51,502 bases of DNA from Bacteroidota bacterium (GTDB lineage: Bacteria; Bacteroidota; Ignavibacteria; UBA10030; UBA6906), in NCBI GenBank assembly GCA_017860635.1, contig JAGDMK010000002.1:1-51502 (forward strand). Direction: 5' to 3'. The notes beneath the pieces are model-generated. The model was given only the letters and a program-made list of their open reading frames with translations. It made no database searches and was not told the DNA's origin. Shown in pieces: positions 47,182 through 51,502 of the stretch; the stretch's first letter is position 1, and the number at the start of each line of letters is the position of its first letter. Made by a program: the position numbers and the translations under genes.

Positions 47182-49539
47182 ATGACGGAGCGGGTCCGGA
47201 AACTGCGCGAGGTAAGTTGCACCACGCAGCCCTATATCTCCGCCGAACGGGCGCTCCTCGTGACGGAGGCGTACCGCACAATGGGGTTCCATTCGGCGCC
47301 GGTCATGCGGGCACTGGTGTTCAAGTATGTGATGGAACACAAGACCGTCTGTATCAGTCCTGGCGAACTCATTGTCGGAGAGCGCGGACCTGCTCCGCGG
47401 GCAACGCCGACGTATCCGGAAATCTGCTGTCACTCGCTTGAGGACCTCACGATCCTGGACACGCGACCGAAGATCCCCTATGCCGTAAGCGATGAAGTGC
47501 GGAAACACTACACCGAGACAATCATCCCATACTGGAAGGGCAGGACAATCCGTGAAAAGATCTTTGCGGAGATGACGCCGTCATGGCATGATGCCTATGC
47601 GGCGGGGATCTTCACGGAATTCATGGAGCAGCGCGCTCCCGGCCACACAGTGCTGGACGACAAGATCTATCACCGCGGCATGATGGATTTCATCCGGGAG
47701 ATCGATCTTCAGCTGGAGCATCTCGACTACTATAAGGATTCCCTGGCGTACAGCAAGCAGGAGGAATTGCGGGGCATGCGTATAGCTGCGGAGGCCATGA
47801 TACGCTTCGCTGAGCGGCATGCGCTGGCACTCGACCGGGAAGCAAGTCAATGCACAAATCCGCAGCGGCACGGCGAGCTGGCACACCTTGCCGCCATCTG
47901 CCGGAGAGTCCCCGCGCACGCTCCACAGACCTTCCATGAGGCGCTTCAGGCATACTGGTTCATGCATCTCGGCGTGGTGACAGAACTGAATCCGTGGGAC
48001 TCTTTCAATCCCGGGAGGCTGGATCAGCACCTTCTTCCTTTCTATCAGGCCGAAACAGCAAAGGGCACGCTGACAGACGAGCATGCCCGGGAGCTGCTGG
48101 AATGCCTCTGGGTGAAATTTAACAATCAGCCGGCGCCCCCCAAAGTGGGTGTGACGGCCGCCGAAAGCGCAACGTATACCGACTTCGCGAACATCAATTC
48201 GGGCGGCATGCGTCCGGACGGCTCCGACGGCGTAAACGCCGTAACCTACCTCGTGCTGGACGTGATCGACGACATGCGTCTCGTGCAGCCGAGTTCGAAT
48301 ATCCAGCTGAGCAGGAAGAATCCCGATGCATTCCTGAAACGCGCCCTCCGCATTGTCCGCAAAGGATGGGGCCAGCCTTCGATCTTCAATGCCGATGTCG
48401 TGGTCGAAGAAATGCTCAGGCAGGGGAAATCCATAGAAGATGCCCGGTGCGGCGGAACGAGCGGCTGCGTGGAAACGGGGGCATTCGGGAAAGAAAGCTA
48501 CATCCTCACCGGCTATCTCAATTTCCCGAAGATCTTCGAAGTGACATTGCACAACGGAGTCGACCCGCGCTCCGGCAAGTCTATCGGGCTGCGCACAGGC
48601 GACCCTCGATCGTTCCGCTCCTTCGGCGAACTCCTGCAGGCCTATCGTACACAGCTCCGGCATTTCGTCGACATCAAAATACGCGGAAACAATGTCATCG
48701 AGCGTATCTACGCACAGTATGTCCCGACACCGTTCCTCTCCATCCTCATCGACGACTGCATCCGGAACGGCAGAGACTACTCCGATGGCGGCGCGCGCTA
48801 CAACACAAACTACATCCAGGGCGTCGGCATCGGCACGCTGGCCGATTGCTTCTCCGCTGTCAGGACACACGTCTTTGAGACGCATGCGGTGGACATGGAT
48901 GAACTGATGCGCACGATGGAGCAGAATTTCGAGGGGAATGAGCGGCTGCATCAGCTGATGCTGAACCGGACTCCGCGGTACGGGAACGACGACGACCGGG
49001 CAGACGATCTGATGCGCGAAGGCTTCGAGATGTTCTACGAAGCCGTGAACGGCCGGCCGAACACAAAACAGGGCGTCTACCGCATTCAGATGCTCCCGAC
49101 GACGTGCCATGTCTATTTCGGGTCAGTCACGGGAGCAACCCCGGACGGACGTCTGAGCGGCGTGCCCGTTTCTGAAGGGATTTCACCGGTGCAGGGAGCG
49201 GATCGGACAGGGCCGACGGCCGTGCTGCGCTCGGCCGCGAAAATGGACCACGCGCGAACCGGCGGGACACTGCTCAACCAGAAATTCACGCCTGATCTCC
49301 TCGCGGGAGAGGAGGGCATCGAGGATCTGACACGGCTGGTGCGCTCCTATTTCACCATGGGCGGCCACCATATCCAGTTCAACGTCATCGATGCTGCAAC
49401 ACTGCGCGCCGCTCAGCAACATCCTGAACAGCACCGCGACCTGATCGTGAGGGTGGCGGGATACAGCGACTACTTCTGCGATCTGGGAAAGACGCTGCAG
49501 GACGAGATCATCGCGCGGACGGAACACCACTCGTGGTAA
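47182..49539 (+). CDS. hypD: trans-4-hydroxy-L-proline dehydratase (glycyl radical enzyme)
   Basis: FTEFMEQRAPGH, NPWD, ESATYTDFANIN, SGCVE Cys loop, YILTGY, LPTTCH, RVAGYS Gly loop; this motif set is characteristic of HypD rather than PFL or CutC. Confidence 0.9.
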   Translation: MTERVRKLREVSCTTQPYISAERALLVTEAYRTMGFHSAPVMRALVFKYVMEHKTVCISPGELIVGERGPAPRATPTYPEICCHSLEDLTILDTRPKIPYAVSDEVRKHYTETIIPYWKGRTIREKIFAEMTPSWHDAYAAGIFTEFMEQRAPGHTVLDDKIYHRGMMDFIREIDLQLEHLDYYKDSLAYSKQEELRGMRIAAEAMIRFAERHALALDREASQCTNPQRHGELAHLAAICRRVPAHAPQTFHEALQAYWFMHLGVVTELNPWDSFNPGRLDQHLLPFYQAETAKGTLTDEHARELLECLWVKFNNQPAPPKVGVTAAESATYTDFANINSGGMRPDGSDGVNAVTYLVLDVIDDMRLVQPSSNIQLSRKNPDAFLKRALRIVRKGWGQPSIFNADVVVEEMLRQGKSIEDARCGGTSGCVETGAFGKESYILTGYLNFPKIFEVTLHNGVDPRSGKSIGLRTGDPRSFRSFGELLQAYRTQLRHFVDIKIRGNNVIERIYAQYVPTPFLSILIDDCIRNGRDYSDGGARYNTNYIQGVGIGTLADCFSAVRTHVFETHAVDMDELMRTMEQNFEGNERLHQLMLNRTPRYGNDDDRADDLMREGFEMFYEAVNGRPNTKQGVYRIQMLPTTCHVYFGSVTGATPDGRLSGVPVSEGISPVQGADRTGPTAVLRSAAKMDHARTGGTLLNQKFTPDLLAGEEGIEDLTRLVRSYFTMGGHHIQFNVIDAATLRAAQQHPEQHRDLIVRVAGYSDYFCDLGKTLQDEIIARTEHHSW

Positions 49540-49592
49540 TGGATGACCTTTCCGTCACGCTTGCCTATCCGCGGTGACCCGGACCGGGGGGC

Positions 49593-49621
49593 TTGTACTT
49601 AAGTCGAAGGTATCGTATGTT
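49593..49621 (+). promoter_or_regulatory. Promoter upstream of the structured leader and tRNA-Val
   Basis: TTGTAC-17 nt-TATGTT. Confidence 0.6.
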
Positions 49622-49624
49622 ATA

Positions 49625-49736
49625 CCCCCCGAGCGATCGTGGCGCGTCGGCCGGGCTACCGCGTTTCGGCCGGATAGGGAATGGTGCTCATGATGTGCCG
49701 GGCACCGCGTGCGAGTGCGGCCACGGTCGGGGAGGG
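49625..49736 (+). ncRNA. Candidate structured RNA (three-way junction) preceding tRNA-Val
   Basis: cgatcgtggc/gccacggtcg closing stem with inner stems cggccg/cggccg and ggtgctc/gggcacc; no family recognised. Confidence 0.35.
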
Positions 49737-49750
49737 CAGACAATGCTTCC

Positions 49751-49825
49751 GGACGCTTAGCTCAGCTGGTTCAGAGCGTCGCCCTTACAAGGCGAAGGTC
49801 GCAGGTTCGAACCCTGCAGCGTCCA
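49751..49825 (+). tRNA. tRNA-Val (anticodon TAC)
   Basis: Acceptor GGACGCT/AGCGTCC; D arm GCTC/GAGC; anticodon arm TCGCC-CTTACAA-GGCGA; T arm GCAGG-TTCGAAC-CCTGC; CCA not encoded. Confidence 0.97.
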
Positions 49826-49880
49826 CAGAAACACATCGCCCAATGTTTATTGAATGACAACAGTTTCTAAGGAGGGAAGT

Positions 49881-50345
49881 ATGAGGTTCGTGTTGACGAT
49901 TGTCGCTGTGCTCTGGTGTTCCGCTGCCATCGCTGTTGCAGGAAGCCCCAAAAACTACGGCAAGGCGCTGACGCTCAAGGAGACAACGAAGGTGTCAGAG
50001 ATCCTCGCCGATCCCGCGAAATACAACGGGAAAAAAGTCCGGGTGGAAGGAGCTGTCGTGGAAGTGTGCAAGAAGCGCGGATGCTGGATCACGCTGTCGA
50101 GCGACAAGGAGTTCGAGAGCATTCAATTTAAAGTTGACGACGGGGTGATCGTATTCCCTCTTGACGCCAAAGGCAAAAACGCGGTAGCAGAAGGCATTGT
50201 TTCCGCCAAGACATATTCTGCAGAAGATCTCATCAAGCAGGGGGAACACAAGGCCGAGGAACAGGGGACCACATTCGACCCGTCCACTGTCAAGGGCCCC
50301 AAGACCGTTGTGCGCATCATGGGTGAAGGCGCGGTGATCAAATAG
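49881..50345 (+). CDS. DUF4920 family exported OB-fold-like protein
   Basis: SD aaggagg; signal peptide; V.EVCKKRGCW motif. Confidence 0.85.
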   Translation: MRFVLTIVAVLWCSAAIAVAGSPKNYGKALTLKETTKVSEILADPAKYNGKKVRVEGAVVEVCKKRGCWITLSSDKEFESIQFKVDDGVIVFPLDAKGKNAVAEGIVSAKTYSAEDLIKQGEHKAEEQGTTFDPSTVKGPKTVVRIMGEGAVIK

Positions 50346-50944
50346 TGGCCGTGGACCGCACCGCATCTCCGTCTCCTCCGCGGAAGGTCAAATGGAGGAA
50401 GTGGAACAACATCCTCCACCGGGATATCGGCTATCTCGTCGTGGCACTGACCCTGGTCTACGGCGTTTCGGGTATTGCAGTCAATCATACGGCCGACTGG
50501 AATCCGAGCTATGCCGTGGAGAAACGGGCTCTGGAAATCGGGCCGCTGGCGGGGGAAACGCGCGATGAACTTGTCAGGGAGGCGCGGGAGCGCCTCCGCC
50601 TGACTGATGAACCGGCCAACACCTTTCGACCCGACCCGGAAACCCTTCAGCTCTTCTACACACGCCTCACATACTCCATCGATATCCCCACCGGCAAAGT
50701 CCTCGTTGAAGAAGTCCGCCCGCGCAGAGTCCTCTTTGAATTCAACCAGCTGCATCTGAACGCTCCGAAGAGGGTCTGGACATATATCGCGGATCTGTAT
50801 GCCGCGAGCCTGATTGTGGTCGCGATAACCGGCATGTTTGTTCTGAAAGGCAAGACGGGCATCACCGGGCGGGGTGCCTGGCTTGTGGGTCTCGGACTCG
50901 CGATACCTCTTCTCTACTGGCTTGTATACATGTACCTCCCCTGA
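50345..50944 (+). CDS. PepSY-associated TM helix protein
   Basis: LHRDIGYL...YGVSGIAVNH and FNQLHLN...WTYIADLYA motifs; three TM helices. Confidence 0.88.
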   Translation: MAVDRTASPSPPRKVKWRKWNNILHRDIGYLVVALTLVYGVSGIAVNHTADWNPSYAVEKRALEIGPLAGETRDELVREARERLRLTDEPANTFRPDPETLQLFYTRLTYSIDIPTGKVLVEEVRPRRVLFEFNQLHLNAPKRVWTYIADLYAASLIVVAITGMFVLKGKTGITGRGAWLVGLGLAIPLLYWLVYMYLP

Positions 50945-51216
50945 TTTCTCACCTGCTGTCGAATATCCCGCACCCGGATCGTCCCACAAGAGTTGGCATT
51001 CCTGCGGGACCGTGGATAACCGCCGTATTTTCCACAGTGCACCACGCTGTTCATGTGGCATGGTCGTTGCATTTGTTTCCAGCGGTGCCGGCATCGTCAG
51101 TCCTCCTTTGCTTGGTGCTGATGTTCCCGTGTGCATCCACCGGCGCGGGCATCGCTTCCGTGACAGATCCCGGGGGCCGGCTGTAATCACCCCGCGGGGT
51201 CGAAAGAACTTCATTT

Positions 51217-51275
51217 GCACTATCGCCTCTTCTCTGCCTGCGGTGGGATGGGCCGGGAGGAGGCGATGGTGTTTT
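51217..51275 (+). other. Long imperfect RNA hairpin followed by a short U-run
   Basis: gcactatcgcctcttctctgcctg pairs with tgggccgggaggaggcgatggtgt: 23 of 24 positions paired, six G-U. Confidence 0.6.
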
Positions 51276-51502
51276 ATCCTCCCAAACTCGAAACTCGGCT
51301 GCACTTCTAAACTCCGCTGCACTTCTGCCGATAATGTAGTCAAAAGGTGGATTTCGCCGGGCAACAGCCAGTCGGGAAGGGAGCGGCAACCTGCTTCCTG
51401 CTGAAGAATTCTCCGGTTCTGCCGATAGTAGTAATGACGAAGGCCTCGGTAAGGGCCCGTGAAAAAACGATTACATTCCTAGAAAGGGGATGGCAGCATG
51501 GC

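Noticed and set aside
47581-49110. 509-aa minus-strand ORF (also 43076-44170, 8688-9659, 23923-24807, 25534-26460)
   Set aside because: These lie antisense to well-supported genes and have no motifs; they are typical shadow ORFs of GC-rich codon usage.
47182-49539. Pyruvate formate-lyase or choline TMA-lyase
   Set aside because: It has a single-Cys SGCVE loop (no CC pair) and HypD-type motifs, and no microcompartment genes are nearby.
51011-51036. Two inverted DnaA-box-like 9-mers suggesting oriC
   Set aside because: Each has a mismatch, there are only two, and there is no AT-rich DUE or dnaA context.
51262-51310. Fluoride riboswitch (GGCGATGGTGTT)
   Set aside because: The complementary CGCC and the 3' pseudoknot strand are missing, and the segment is instead the 3' arm of a long hairpin.
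51360-51400. Cobalamin riboswitch B12-box-like gcca...gggaagg...acctgc
   Set aside because: The 5' conserved core is not found; the resemblance is only partial.

Overview
GC-rich DNA from an FCB-group bacterium (Ignavibacteriota/Bacteroidota-like, inferred from T9SS sorting domains and a PorV-family gene). Positions 1-27 kb form one co-directional glycan-utilisation locus with no SusD in the visible part. It contains a secreted carbohydrate-binding T9SS cargo, a TonB-dependent receptor, a ~1100-aa uncharacterised protein with Ca-binding-type loops and a divergent T9SS-like C-terminus, a dedicated PorV-family barrel, a SurA/PpiC-like chaperone and a sugar ABC transporter (no ATPase). It also holds three unclassified glycosidase-like proteins, a Zn-dependent dehydrogenase, a GH2 beta-mannosidase, two GH130 enzymes and an esterase, with a 3x77-bp palindromic repeat inside. 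Next come a radical SAM/lipoprotein/outer-membrane protein cluster, an FG-GAP T9SS protein, tRNA-Gly(CCC), a GH51 arabinofuranosidase, a YD-repeat protein, a TPR protein, a 27-bp tandem array, a GT4 glycosyltransferase and an orphan sensor kinase. The end holds a hydroxyproline operon (Xaa-Pro peptidase frameshifted by a 16-bp duplication, GRE activating enzyme, HypD), tRNA-Val(TAC) with a structured leader, DUF4920 and PepSY-TM genes, and a structured non-coding tail. The best candidate for a poorly described system is the TBDR + large cargo + private PorV + chaperone module that appears to replace SusC/SusD. All family calls come from motif recognition by eye; no searches were run.
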